Shown here in pieces: positions 1 through 8,909 of a DNA stretch of 54,045 bases. The DNA is from Parabacteroides sp. (GTDB taxonomy: Bacteria > Bacteroidota > Bacteroidia > Bacteroidales > Tannerellaceae): contig DBGBSM010000366.1 of the NCBI GenBank assembly GCA_048468815.1, positions 1 through 54,045 of the forward strand, read 5' to 3'. Within the stretch, counting starts at the first letter, position 1, and every line of letters begins with the position of its first letter. Made by a program: the position numbers and the translations under genes. A model generated the notes under the pieces. It was not told where the DNA came from. It worked only from the letters and a program-made list of their open reading frames with translations, and searched no databases.

Positions 1-151
1 AAGCGAGTTCGGGGCTTTTAGCGAACGAAAGCCGGGATGTAGCGAAGCGGACGTAGCCCTTGACCTTTTTTGCTTCGTTTTTTGGGTCAAGCCAAAAAAT
101 GAAGACCGCCGGTAGGCGCCGTCGGCAGACGCCCTCGCGGCGAGCGAAAAA
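1..151 (+). repeat. Structured intergenic repeat, copy R1 (cut by window start) plus GC-rich module
   Basis: 2-151 matches 33778-33927 with 2 mismatches; 118-148 is the reverse complement of 39762-39792. Confidence 0.9.
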
Positions 152-290
152 CCCCGCCGTGGTAACGGCCAATCCCGGCCTCGCCGGAGAAAAGCCAGCC
201 TTCGCAAAGAAAAGCGCTTTCTTTGATAGCTTTCTTTCCGCAGAAAGAAAGCAACGTTTTCTACCTTCGTTTCTTTCGAAAAAGAAACGC
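152..290. repeat. Accessory repeat modules including TTTCTTTC-N3/4-(G)AAAGAAA hairpins
   Basis: Hairpins at about 229-252 and 269-289; related inverted modules at 2271-2355, 33018-33120 and 39793-39856. Confidence 0.75.
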
Positions 291-354
291 AACCGCCGGC
301 CGACGCCCCTCGCGACCCGCGGAACAGGCAGATAAAAGCTGTAGAAGCCTGCAT

Positions 355-2229
355 TCAAACAGGCTCTATCAGCAAAGCGCATCCCCCGCGGGGAAGCAAA
401 TCCAGCCCGAGCACAGTGCGGGCCGTCACCGTTTTCCGCTCGATTTTCACGTGCGTGCGGGTAGGTACGGCTTCGCCGCCGTCGGTGTACAGGGTCAGTT
501 CGTACTTCTTCCCCGGTTCGAGAAACGAAAGAGGAAGACGCATCCGGCGCGCCTCGTTGTTGGTGATGACGCCGGCGAACCATACGCCCTCTTTCCGGCG
601 CGCCAGCGCGACGTACTCGCCTATCCGGCCGTCGAGCACCCGGGTATCGTCCCACACAGTGGGCAGGCGGTCGAAGAACTCCAGTTCCGGCTCGTCCTGT
701 ACATCGTCGGGTACATCGTACCAGTACAAAAACTGAAGGGGACTGTAGTCGATTACCGACAAGGCCAACTGGTGGCAGGCGGTGTTTTGCAGCGAGCGGG
801 CGTTCAGGCTGTTGGCCAACCCCGGCTTGAGCTCTTTGCGGTGATAATAGCACACGGTGCAGTCGGCGGCGCCGGCAATAAACCGGGTGAAAGGCAGCGT
901 GGTATTCGTATCGCCGTCGGGAAACTCTTCGTTTCCCCGCACGCCTTCCTGGGTGAGCAGGTTAGGGTAGGTGCGGCTGAAACCGGTGGGGCGGTACTCG
1001 TCGTGAATGTCTACCATCAGGCCGTACCGGGCACACTGCCTGACGGCGCGGTGCAGCCACGCCGTCCAGCGGAACGAGCCTACGTGTACGAAGCCGAACT
1101 TGATGCCCGCCACGCCCCACGACCGGTACAACGGCAACAGTTCGTCGAGGTGCTCGGTAAGCCCCCGCTGATTGACGTACAACCATACGCCGACGCCTTT
1201 ACTGCGGGCGTACCGTACCACCTCGGGAATGTCGAGGTCGTTCACGCTGCACCGCGCCGGGTCGACTTCCGACTTCCGCGGGTCAGACTCCTTGGAGGTT
1301 TCCGCCCCGTACCATCCGGCGTCGAGATGGATATACTCCAGGTGCCGCTTCACGGCGAAGTCGACGGTTTTCTTCGCCCCTTCCGTGGTAAGCGATACGC
1401 TGCGGATAACCTTCCCGGGCTTGATCCAGCGGGTATCGGTTATCCGGCAAGGTTCGTTGAGGTTCAGAATCAAATCGTTATTGGCCAACAGGTCGGCAGG
1501 CCGCTCCGCTACCATCACCACGCGCCACGGAGTGGCGAAGGGAGCGATTTCTTCCACGGCGTCGTACATCCGGCAACGGATGGTACCGGTTTCACCGTTC
1601 TTTACGAAGAACTTGGTACGGCTGTAATCCGTCAGCGCGGCTTCGGCCAGGCACGCGTACAGGCCGCCGGGTAGTTCCAGCGTCAGCGGACGTTCCGCCT
1701 CGCCCGGCCAGTCTTTCACCGGCAGGCGCCGGTACTCTGCCTGGGCGAACGGAGCGAACCAGCAACGGGTTTCGTCCGGCACGCGGAAGGTGGTTTGCTC
1801 GCCGGTGATACGCAGGTACGAACTGCCGCCGTACCGGTACCGGAAAGCGACGCCTTCGTCGTACGCCCGCACCACGAGGTGAAGCTGGTCTTTGCGGCCG
1901 GGACGGCTGAGGAAGAAGGTGGTTTCGTTGTACCGGTCGCGCACCTCGGCCCGCTCGCCGTACACGGGGCGCCAGGTACGGTTTACCGAAACCGTTTGCG
2001 TGCTGTCGAGCGCCATCCCGTTTTCCCATCCGGTAATGCCGAGCTCCGACTCGAGTATCACCGGCCGCTCGCGGTACGAAACGGTATAGGCGAGCTCGCC
2101 GGTGCCGGGCGCAACGCGCAACGCGAAGCGTAATGCGCCCCCGGGCGATGTAACGGTTGCCGGGGTGGCGGTGAGGGCGGTTGCCTGCCAAAGTGCTGCG
2201 GCAACCGCTGTGAGTAGTTGTAGTTTCAT
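355..2229 (-). CDS. Glycoside hydrolase family 97 (alpha-glycosidase), secreted
   Basis: Signal peptide; VRAYDEGVAFRY, TPWRVV, WIKPGK, LDAGWY, GIKFGF, QEGVRGNE and LPTVWDDT motifs. Confidence 0.9.
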   Translation of the reverse strand: MKLQLLTAVAAALWQATALTATPATVTSPGGALRFALRVAPGTGELAYTVSYRERPVILESELGITGWENGMALDSTQTVSVNRTWRPVYGERAEVRDRYNETTFFLSRPGRKDQLHLVVRAYDEGVAFRYRYGGSSYLRITGEQTTFRVPDETRCWFAPFAQAEYRRLPVKDWPGEAERPLTLELPGGLYACLAEAALTDYSRTKFFVKNGETGTIRCRMYDAVEEIAPFATPWRVVMVAERPADLLANNDLILNLNEPCRITDTRWIKPGKVIRSVSLTTEGAKKTVDFAVKRHLEYIHLDAGWYGAETSKESDPRKSEVDPARCSVNDLDIPEVVRYARSKGVGVWLYVNQRGLTEHLDELLPLYRSWGVAGIKFGFVHVGSFRWTAWLHRAVRQCARYGLMVDIHDEYRPTGFSRTYPNLLTQEGVRGNEEFPDGDTNTTLPFTRFIAGAADCTVCYYHRKELKPGLANSLNARSLQNTACHQLALSVIDYSPLQFLYWYDVPDDVQDEPELEFFDRLPTVWDDTRVLDGRIGEYVALARRKEGVWFAGVITNNEARRMRLPLSFLEPGKKYELTLYTDGGEAVPTRTHVKIERKTVTARTVLGLDLLPRGGCALLIEPV

Positions 2230-2270
2230 GGATATGTTAATTTAGTTGTATACTATCGCTTGCCGCCGGG

Positions 2271-2480
2271 CTTCGTTTCTTTTAAAAGCAACGAAGGTAG
2301 AAAAGGTTTTCTTTCCGCTGAAAGAAACAAAGGGCTTTCTTGCGAAGGCTGCCTTGCTTCTTCACGTGCCGGTGTTGTCCGTTATCCCGACGGGGGTTTT
2401 CGCTCGCCGGGATAACGGCCTAAACCGCCTGTCAAGGCAAAAGCCAGGTTTTCTTCAAAGGCTCTTTCATTAAAGAACCT
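2271..2480. repeat. Cluster of repeat modules from the same family
   Basis: 2271-2355 resembles the reverse complement of 190-290; 2389-2409 resembles that of 138-159; 2447-2479 resembles that of 33060-33092. Confidence 0.75.
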
Positions 2481-3462
2481 CCAGCCTCTTCACCCCTACA
2501 ACCACCGTCTCCCCCTTATCATCCACCCGGTTGATATACAGGTACGCCGCATACCGGCCGTCGTGCGATTGCATGAAAACGCTCCCCTCCGCCTTCAGAT
2601 CGAGCACATAATCCGCCGCGTTCCCGAACGATTGCCGTTGCAAATCCATATCGTCCACATAAATCGCGTTATTCTTATCCTCCTTCAACTGGCCGTCCCA
2701 TACGTACAGCTTCTTCTCCATCAGCGTGCGGTTCTTCGTCCAGCCCGCAGGCCAGGCGAACCCGTCCGGATAATACGCCTCGGCCGCAGGCGAAAAGAAC
2801 GCATGCTTGTAGGCGTACGACTTGTCGCCGACCGACTTCTTCGCCGCATATCCGTACACGAAGTCGACACGGTCCGCCAGGTTCCCGCTCTCCACCTCCT
2901 GCCGCGTATACGCCTTCATATCCGCGATAGAGAAATAACGCGCACCGTCGGGAGCGCCCGACAAGGCGATCCCCTTCGCCATCTCCATGTTCGATACCCG
3001 GTAAGCCGGCGTACCGAACTCCACCGTTTCGCCCGATTGCGACAGCGCCGAGAATACGAACGACACCTCCTTCCCCTTCAGTTCCGGAGGAATCACATAC
3101 CCGTACCGCAGCGTAACCGCTTCGGCATCGATCACGACGGCCGTCGAAACCGCCCCTTGGGTGATGCAATCCCGCGCCGCCTCCGTCGATACGTCCGTTC
3201 CGTTCTCCGTACGCCAGGCATACGGCTCGAAGCCCGTTCCCGCGGCACCCGCCGCCGAAGCCTCCGCCCGTACCGACTGCAACTTGCCCCCCGGCAAGCC
3301 CGCGGCATACGCAAACTCGATCCGCTCGCCCGCCACCAACGGCGAAACCGTACGTTTAATCAACTCGTTCTGCAACGACGCTTTCCCGCCCTCGTCGTCC
3401 GAGCAAGCCGATACGGCCAGCCAGGCACACGGGAGAAGCCAATATATCCAACTCTTTTTCAT
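2470..3462 (-). CDS. PUL surface lipoprotein (DUF4466-like)
   Basis: Lipobox AVSAC followed by SDDE; located downstream of susD. Confidence 0.7.
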   Translation of the reverse strand: MKKSWIYWLLPCAWLAVSACSDDEGGKASLQNELIKRTVSPLVAGERIEFAYAAGLPGGKLQSVRAEASAAGAAGTGFEPYAWRTENGTDVSTEAARDCITQGAVSTAVVIDAEAVTLRYGYVIPPELKGKEVSFVFSALSQSGETVEFGTPAYRVSNMEMAKGIALSGAPDGARYFSIADMKAYTRQEVESGNLADRVDFVYGYAAKKSVGDKSYAYKHAFFSPAAEAYYPDGFAWPAGWTKNRTLMEKKLYVWDGQLKEDKNNAIYVDDMDLQRQSFGNAADYVLDLKAEGSVFMQSHDGRYAAYLYINRVDDKGETVVVGVKRLEVL

Positions 3463-3563
3463 TCCTGTTTCGTTTGATTGCCGGGCGGCCGCACCCCGGG
3501 GAAACGACGCGTGCCACCCTGTGCAAGCGCCTGTCCGCCCCGTCGCGCTTCCGCCCGTTGCGG

Positions 3564-3980
3564 TTAATACTGCACGGTAACCGTTACCGTGTACGTTTTC
3601 TTTATCTTCCGGTTGCCCGACACCAACGTGTATTCGAGCGGCTCCGTCAAGTCTACCCAGTTACCCATGCCCGGTTGCACGGTAATATCGTCGGTCACGC
3701 TGCAATACGGCTTTACCTTCTTCAGGTTCGTTCCGAACTTAGCCGTGGCGTTCACCGTACACGCCACCGTATCGATCAGGCCGTTCTCCACGGTGGGACG
3801 GCTTACCAGCACCGTCTGGTGGTCGGTACCCACCAGGTCGAACGAACTCATGTAACAAGCCGTGCGCTCGGTAATCAGCAGCCCGTTCTCGTCGATGGGA
3901 TAGTCGCCGCACGAAGCCAGCGCCACCGCCAGCAAGATACCCCCCAATATACTCTTCCTTTTCATCGTTTTCTTATCCAT
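3564..3980 (-). CDS. Small PUL lipoprotein with Ig-like fold (DUF5018-like); start may be 3965
   Basis: Lipobox LASC; C-terminal YTLVSGN...YTVTVTV; abuts the susD stop. Confidence 0.7.
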   Translation of the reverse strand: MDKKTMKRKSILGGILLAVALASCGDYPIDENGLLITERTACYMSSFDLVGTDHQTVLVSRPTVENGLIDTVACTVNATAKFGTNLKKVKPYCSVTDDITVQPGMGNWVDLTEPLEYTLVSGNRKIKKTYTVTVTVQY

Positions 3981-5732
3981 TTATAACCAACACTCGTTTT
4001 GCGTAAGATTCGGATTCATCCGGATTTCGTTCTCCGGAATCTTAAAGAGGTAGAAACGCTGGTAATCGCGTTCTTGCGCATTGCGGAACTCGTCGCGGTA
4101 CCACTCGCCTTCGCCCCAGGTGCTCGTAAGCCGTTGCCCGTTCGGCTGCGGCCATATCTTTTCCACCAGGTTCCAGCGACGGATGTCGAAGAAACGGTGC
4201 CCCTCGGCCACCAGCTCCACGATGCGTTCCTGTTCCACCGCCTTAAAGAACGCCTCCTTACCGGCGAACTTCGCCCGGTCTAAGGCTGGCAGGCCGCCGC
4301 GGGCGCGAATCCGGTCGACCAGTTCGAACAGCTCGGCCGTCGGGCCGTTGTTGTATTCGTTCACCGCTTCGCAGTACATCAGCCACACGTCGGGCAGCCG
4401 CATCAGGTACTGGTCTTGCTGCCCCTCCTCGCGCGGCCCGAAAGCATATTGCCGCACGTACTTGCGGAAGATGTAGCCGGTACGCGGCCCCTGCGCATTG
4501 ATGTACGTTACATTGTCGCTGAACTTGTACCGGAATATCAGCGTATCGGGGCCTATCGTCTTTCCGTCGTCGGATACGCGCAACATCTTCTGGCCGTCCC
4601 ACATCACCGTGGCGTACAGCCGGTAATCGCGCCCCTGGTACGACTCGGGGTTACAGGCCCCGTTCCGCAACGTTTCCTTACCGTCGTCCGGGCTGGTAAC
4701 CAGCGGCTCGGCGTAGTCGCCGGTAGCCAGCAGTTGGTACCGGTCGGCCAGCCGGATGCAAGGCGTTACGTTCGCTCCGCCCGCACCCGTGCTCCGGGTG
4801 GCGAAATCGTACGTATAGGTATCGCCCAGCCCTACGCCCAGACTGGGACCCGCGTTGCTCGTGGCGAAAATCACTTCTTCGTTATATTCGTGCAGCCCGT
4901 CGAACAAGTCGGCGTAGTACGGCTTCTCGGGTTCGCCCGGCTCGCCGTTCATGTAGAGCCGCCGCCCGTATTCGGGCTTCATTACCTCGGCGAAATCTCC
5001 GGCCGCGGCCCGGTAATACGTATCGGCCTCGGCGGTATTCCCGGCGTTCTTCATCCAGCACGCCCAATACAGCTTGATTTTGCCGCTGAACCCGTATACG
5101 GCCACCCGCGTGGCGCGTCCGCGCTGCCCGTCGGCTATTTTAACCGGGATGGCGGTCTTGGCATACTCGAGGTCTTTCAGGATGCTGTCTTTTATTTCGC
5201 TGCGCGGCGTGCGGCGTAAGCTGTACGCTTCCCGGTTCCCGTCGAGCACATGCGTATAGAACGGTACGTCGCCCCACAAGTCGATGAGGCGGAAATAGGC
5301 CAGGGCGCGCAGGAAGAACAGCTCTCCCTTGATGCGCTTCAGCTCCGTTTGCGTTTTCTCGTCGGCGTACCTCGGCAGCATCTCTTCCACGTGCATCAGC
5401 ACGTAGTTGGCCCGGTTGATTACCTGGTAGGCGTTCTTCCAGTGCTGGTCGTAGCTGGCGCCGATAGCCGCCGGGTTGTAGTTGCCGTACGGATTGCGTA
5501 CGTTAGCCCACATGATGTCGCTTGCCCCGTCCCACGCATAGTTCTTGTGGAAGAAGGTGCGGGTGGCCTGGTATACGCCGTACAAGGCGGACGTAGCGTC
5601 GTCAGACGATTCCCAGAAAAGGTCGGACGACAGGTCTTTGGTCGGCTTCTGGTCGAGCAGGTCGTTCACGCACGACGTCACGGCGAAGCACAAAGCCAAC
5701 GCGATAGCGATTTCGTTTATCTGTTTTCTCAT
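3981..5732 (-). CDS. susD: SusD/RagB family glycan-binding lipoprotein
   Basis: Lipobox VTSC; FLRALAYFRLIDLWGDVP and ERIVELVAEGHRFFDIRRW motifs; follows susC. Confidence 0.95.
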   Translation of the reverse strand: MRKQINEIAIALALCFAVTSCVNDLLDQKPTKDLSSDLFWESSDDATSALYGVYQATRTFFHKNYAWDGASDIMWANVRNPYGNYNPAAIGASYDQHWKNAYQVINRANYVLMHVEEMLPRYADEKTQTELKRIKGELFFLRALAYFRLIDLWGDVPFYTHVLDGNREAYSLRRTPRSEIKDSILKDLEYAKTAIPVKIADGQRGRATRVAVYGFSGKIKLYWACWMKNAGNTAEADTYYRAAAGDFAEVMKPEYGRRLYMNGEPGEPEKPYYADLFDGLHEYNEEVIFATSNAGPSLGVGLGDTYTYDFATRSTGAGGANVTPCIRLADRYQLLATGDYAEPLVTSPDDGKETLRNGACNPESYQGRDYRLYATVMWDGQKMLRVSDDGKTIGPDTLIFRYKFSDNVTYINAQGPRTGYIFRKYVRQYAFGPREEGQQDQYLMRLPDVWLMYCEAVNEYNNGPTAELFELVDRIRARGGLPALDRAKFAGKEAFFKAVEQERIVELVAEGHRFFDIRRWNLVEKIWPQPNGQRLTSTWGEGEWYRDEFRNAQERDYQRFYLFKIPENEIRMNPNLTQNECWL

Positions 5733-5744
5733 ATCCGTATAATA

Positions 5745-8700
5745 TTAAAATCCCACATTCACACCCACCGACAACGTCCGCATCAACGGGAACGGGTCGT
5801 CTTTCACCTGGTTGCCCGCCTTGGCCTTCTCCGGGTCTACGCCGTCCCAGGCGGTCAGCGTGAACAGGTTCTCGGCCGATGCGTAGATACGCAGCTTATC
5901 GACGGTGAGTTTCCGTAGCCACGCTTTCGGCAGGTTGTAACCGACTTGCAGGTTTTTCATCCGCAGGTAGCTCAGGCTTTGCAGCCAGAAGGTCGACTCT
6001 TCGAGGTTACGGCCCGAGTTGACCGATACCATGCGGGGCAGTCGCGCCCCGCGGTTTTCCAGGCTCCACGTGTCGTTCCAGTGAAGTTCCTGGAAAGCAT
6101 ACCGCTTATCTTCGATATTCACCGTATTCATCTTCTCCAGCCAGTAATCCTTGCGTCCGGTAGTAGCCTGGAACAGCAGGCTGATGTCGAGCCCTTTCCA
6201 TTCGGCGAATAACGAAAGGCCGTAGTTGGCCGTCGGGCGTTGTTCGTTGATTTTCGGTGTCGCCTTCTTATCGGCGCCCGTTATCTGGCCGTCGCCGTTC
6301 AGGTCTTCGTACAAGAGGTCGCCCGGTGCGAGATTCGTGTTGTTGTGAATCGGCGCATCGAAGATATCCTGCCAGGTCTGGGCGATGCCCGTCGATACCA
6401 GGCAATAATTAAAGTAATACGGCATGTCGATAAATATCTTGCTCGGGCTCCGCTCTTCGTTCCACGACTCGAGCCGGTCGCGGTTGTACGAGAAGTTGAA
6501 CGTGGCCCCGTAATTCACCGGGCCTGCCAACGACTGCCAACGCAGATTCAGTTCCACGCCCCGGTTGCGCAGGTCGCCCATGTTCACGCGGGGCGCACTG
6601 TAACCGGTAAGCAGGGTGGAAAGCTGCGAAGGACGTATCATGCCGCTGGTAAGCCGGTCGTACCAGTCGATTTCCGCCGTGAGTCGGTTGTCGAAGAAGC
6701 CGAGGTCGAGGCCCACGTTGGCCACCGACGTCTTTTCCCAGGTGAAATCGCGGTTAATCATCTTGTTCGCGCTGAACCCCTGAACCAACGTATTGCCGTT
6801 CAGGGCATACGGCGTGCTGGCGAACGTATCTTTCTGCTCGTATTTGTTCACGCCCGAGTTGTTCCCCAGCGAGCCGTACGATACCCGGAGCTTCCCGGAC
6901 GAAACGTACCGCTTCACCCCGGCGAAGAACGCCTCTTCCGAGAAACGCCACCCCACGGAGCCGGACGGGAAGAAACCGTACTGGTGTCCCGGCAGGAACT
7001 TGGAGGAACCGTCGGCGCGGAAGTTGAACTCGAACAGATACCGGTCGAGCAGCGCATAGTTTACGCGGCCCAGAAATGAGCGAAGCCCTTCTGCATCGGA
7101 CGCCCCGGCGGTACGTTGCGTTTTGGTGAGCGCGCCGTCGATTTCGGTGATGTTGGTATGCAACCGGTCGTCGCGGCCGGCCGAGAACCAGCGGTTCGAC
7201 CAGTACTCTTCGTTCATGGCCGCCATCGCCGAGAAACGGTGTACCTCGCGAAAGGTCTTCTCGTACCGCAACTGGAATTGGGTAAGCGTTTTGTATCCCT
7301 GGTTCGAGGCGTTGCTGATTCCGGAGCTGGCCGGAATAAACGTTTGCACCGCTTTGTCGGTTTGGAAGTTGTACAATTGCATCCCGGTGGGCGAAAGATA
7401 CGATTTCTGGAACTGGTTGTAGTACCGGACGCCGAAGTCGATACGCGCCGTGAATCCTTTCAGGAATTCCCACTCGGCATAGAAATTGGCGTTCAGTTCC
7501 TGCCGTTCCCGCTCGTTGTGACGCGAACTGTAATCGGCGTACAGGTTGGCGGCATTGTTGGCCTCGCCGTAGGCCATCACCCCGCCGTACTGCCCCGTTT
7601 CGGCGTTGTACGGATACAACCCCGTAATGGCGATGGACAAAGGAAGGTGGTCGACGTTATAGTCGACGAAACCGTTGGCGTACGGGAACGTCATTTTCGT
7701 CCACTGCCCGTCGAGGCGTGTGCCTACCGTCAGGCGCGGACGGATTTTGTAGTCCATGTTGAACCGGAAGTTGTACCGGTTGTTATCGTTGTTAATCATA
7801 AAGCCTTCTTCGTCGAGCAACCCCAGCGACAGGAAAAAGTTATGCTTCTCGCCGGCGCCCGAGGCCGACAGGTTGTGCAGTTGCACATGACCGGTTTGCG
7901 TTACCCAGTCCAGTTGGTCTTCGTTGGGGAAACGCACCGGGTCGACCAGCCCCATCGCCATCCACTCGTCGACGGTGCCGTCGCTGAAGCTGGGAATGCT
8001 GCGGCCGGCGCGCGACGAGCGCTGGTGTAACGTAAGCGCACGCGGATAATTTTGCAGCACATGATAGAAACTCGTAGGCTTGGAAAAGGCCACCGAGCCG
8101 GTGTAGTTGATTTGTACCTTGCCGCTCCCTTTCCCCGTTTTGGTGGTGACCAGAATCACCCCGTTGGCGGCGCGCGAACCGTAAATGGCCGAAGATGAAG
8201 CGTCTTTCAATACCGAGATGTTCTCGATGTCGTTGATGTCGATGCGGTTGATGTCTACATCGGGCATCCCGTCCACCACCACGAGCGGGCTGGCGTTGTT
8301 TACGGTACCCAGTCCGCGGATAAGCAGGGCCGAGTTGTTGGCGCCCGCCATCCCCGTGCTTTGTTGCACCGACAAGCCGGGAATCATGCCCGACAGCGCC
8401 GACGAAACGTTGCTTACCGAACGGCTCGACAGCTTTTCGTCGACCTTTACCGCCGCCACGGCACCGGTAAGATTTACTTTTTTCTGCGTGCCGTACCCCA
8501 CTACCACCACCTCGTCGAGGTAGCGGGTATCTTCGGCCAGCCTTACCGTAAGCTCCGTACGGCTTCCTACGTGCACTTCCTGCGGAGCATACCCGATAAA
8601 AGAGAATTGCAACACGGCCTTCTCGCCGGTTACCGAAAGCGCGAACCGCCCGTCGACATCGGTCACGGTGCCGTTCGCCGTGCCTTTTTCCATAATAGAG

Positions 8701-8885
8701 ACTCCCGGCAAAGGCAATCCCTGGGCGTCGTACACCATACCCGTTACCGTGCCTTTCCGTTGGCTGGCCGGGACGTCCTTCGCTGCGGAAGGCTCCTGTT
8801 CGCTGGTATTATCCGCATAGAGCGGCCCGGAACTTATCCAGACCTGCGATAATAACGCGCCGAATACGATTAATTTTCTGTTCAT
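5745..8885 (-). CDS. susC: SusC/RagA TonB-dependent transporter
   Basis: LDEVVVVGYGTQKK, LKDASSSAIYGSRAANGVILVTTK and DGSSKF motifs; terminal F. Confidence 0.96.
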   Translation of the reverse strand: MNRKLIVFGALLSQVWISSGPLYADNTSEQEPSAAKDVPASQRKGTVTGMVYDAQGLPLPGVSIMEKGTANGTVTDVDGRFALSVTGEKAVLQFSFIGYAPQEVHVGSRTELTVRLAEDTRYLDEVVVVGYGTQKKVNLTGAVAAVKVDEKLSSRSVSNVSSALSGMIPGLSVQQSTGMAGANNSALLIRGLGTVNNASPLVVVDGMPDVDINRIDINDIENISVLKDASSSAIYGSRAANGVILVTTKTGKGSGKVQINYTGSVAFSKPTSFYHVLQNYPRALTLHQRSSRAGRSIPSFSDGTVDEWMAMGLVDPVRFPNEDQLDWVTQTGHVQLHNLSASGAGEKHNFFLSLGLLDEEGFMINNDNNRYNFRFNMDYKIRPRLTVGTRLDGQWTKMTFPYANGFVDYNVDHLPLSIAITGLYPYNAETGQYGGVMAYGEANNAANLYADYSSRHNERERQELNANFYAEWEFLKGFTARIDFGVRYYNQFQKSYLSPTGMQLYNFQTDKAVQTFIPASSGISNASNQGYKTLTQFQLRYEKTFREVHRFSAMAAMNEEYWSNRWFSAGRDDRLHTNITEIDGALTKTQRTAGASDAEGLRSFLGRVNYALLDRYLFEFNFRADGSSKFLPGHQYGFFPSGSVGWRFSEEAFFAGVKRYVSSGKLRVSYGSLGNNSGVNKYEQKDTFASTPYALNGNTLVQGFSANKMINRDFTWEKTSVANVGLDLGFFDNRLTAEIDWYDRLTSGMIRPSQLSTLLTGYSAPRVNMGDLRNRGVELNLRWQSLAGPVNYGATFNFSYNRDRLESWNEERSPSKIFIDMPYYFNYCLVSTGIAQTWQDIFDAPIHNNTNLAPGDLLYEDLNGDGQITGADKKATPKINEQRPTANYGLSLFAEWKGLDISLLFQATTGRKDYWLEKMNTVNIEDKRYAFQELHWNDTWSLENRGARLPRMVSVNSGRNLEESTFWLQSLSYLRMKNLQVGYNLPKAWLRKLTVDKLRIYASAENLFTLTAWDGVDPEKAKAGNQVKDDPFPLMRTLSVGVNVGF

Positions 8886-8909
8886 AAATAAAGGGTATTA
8901 ACAAAGGTT

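Noticed and set aside
223..1674. 483-aa + strand ORF, and similar long antisense ORFs such as 16692-18722, 22276-23613 and 42700-43959
   Set aside because: They are shadows of well-supported opposite-strand genes in GC-rich DNA and have no recognisable motifs.
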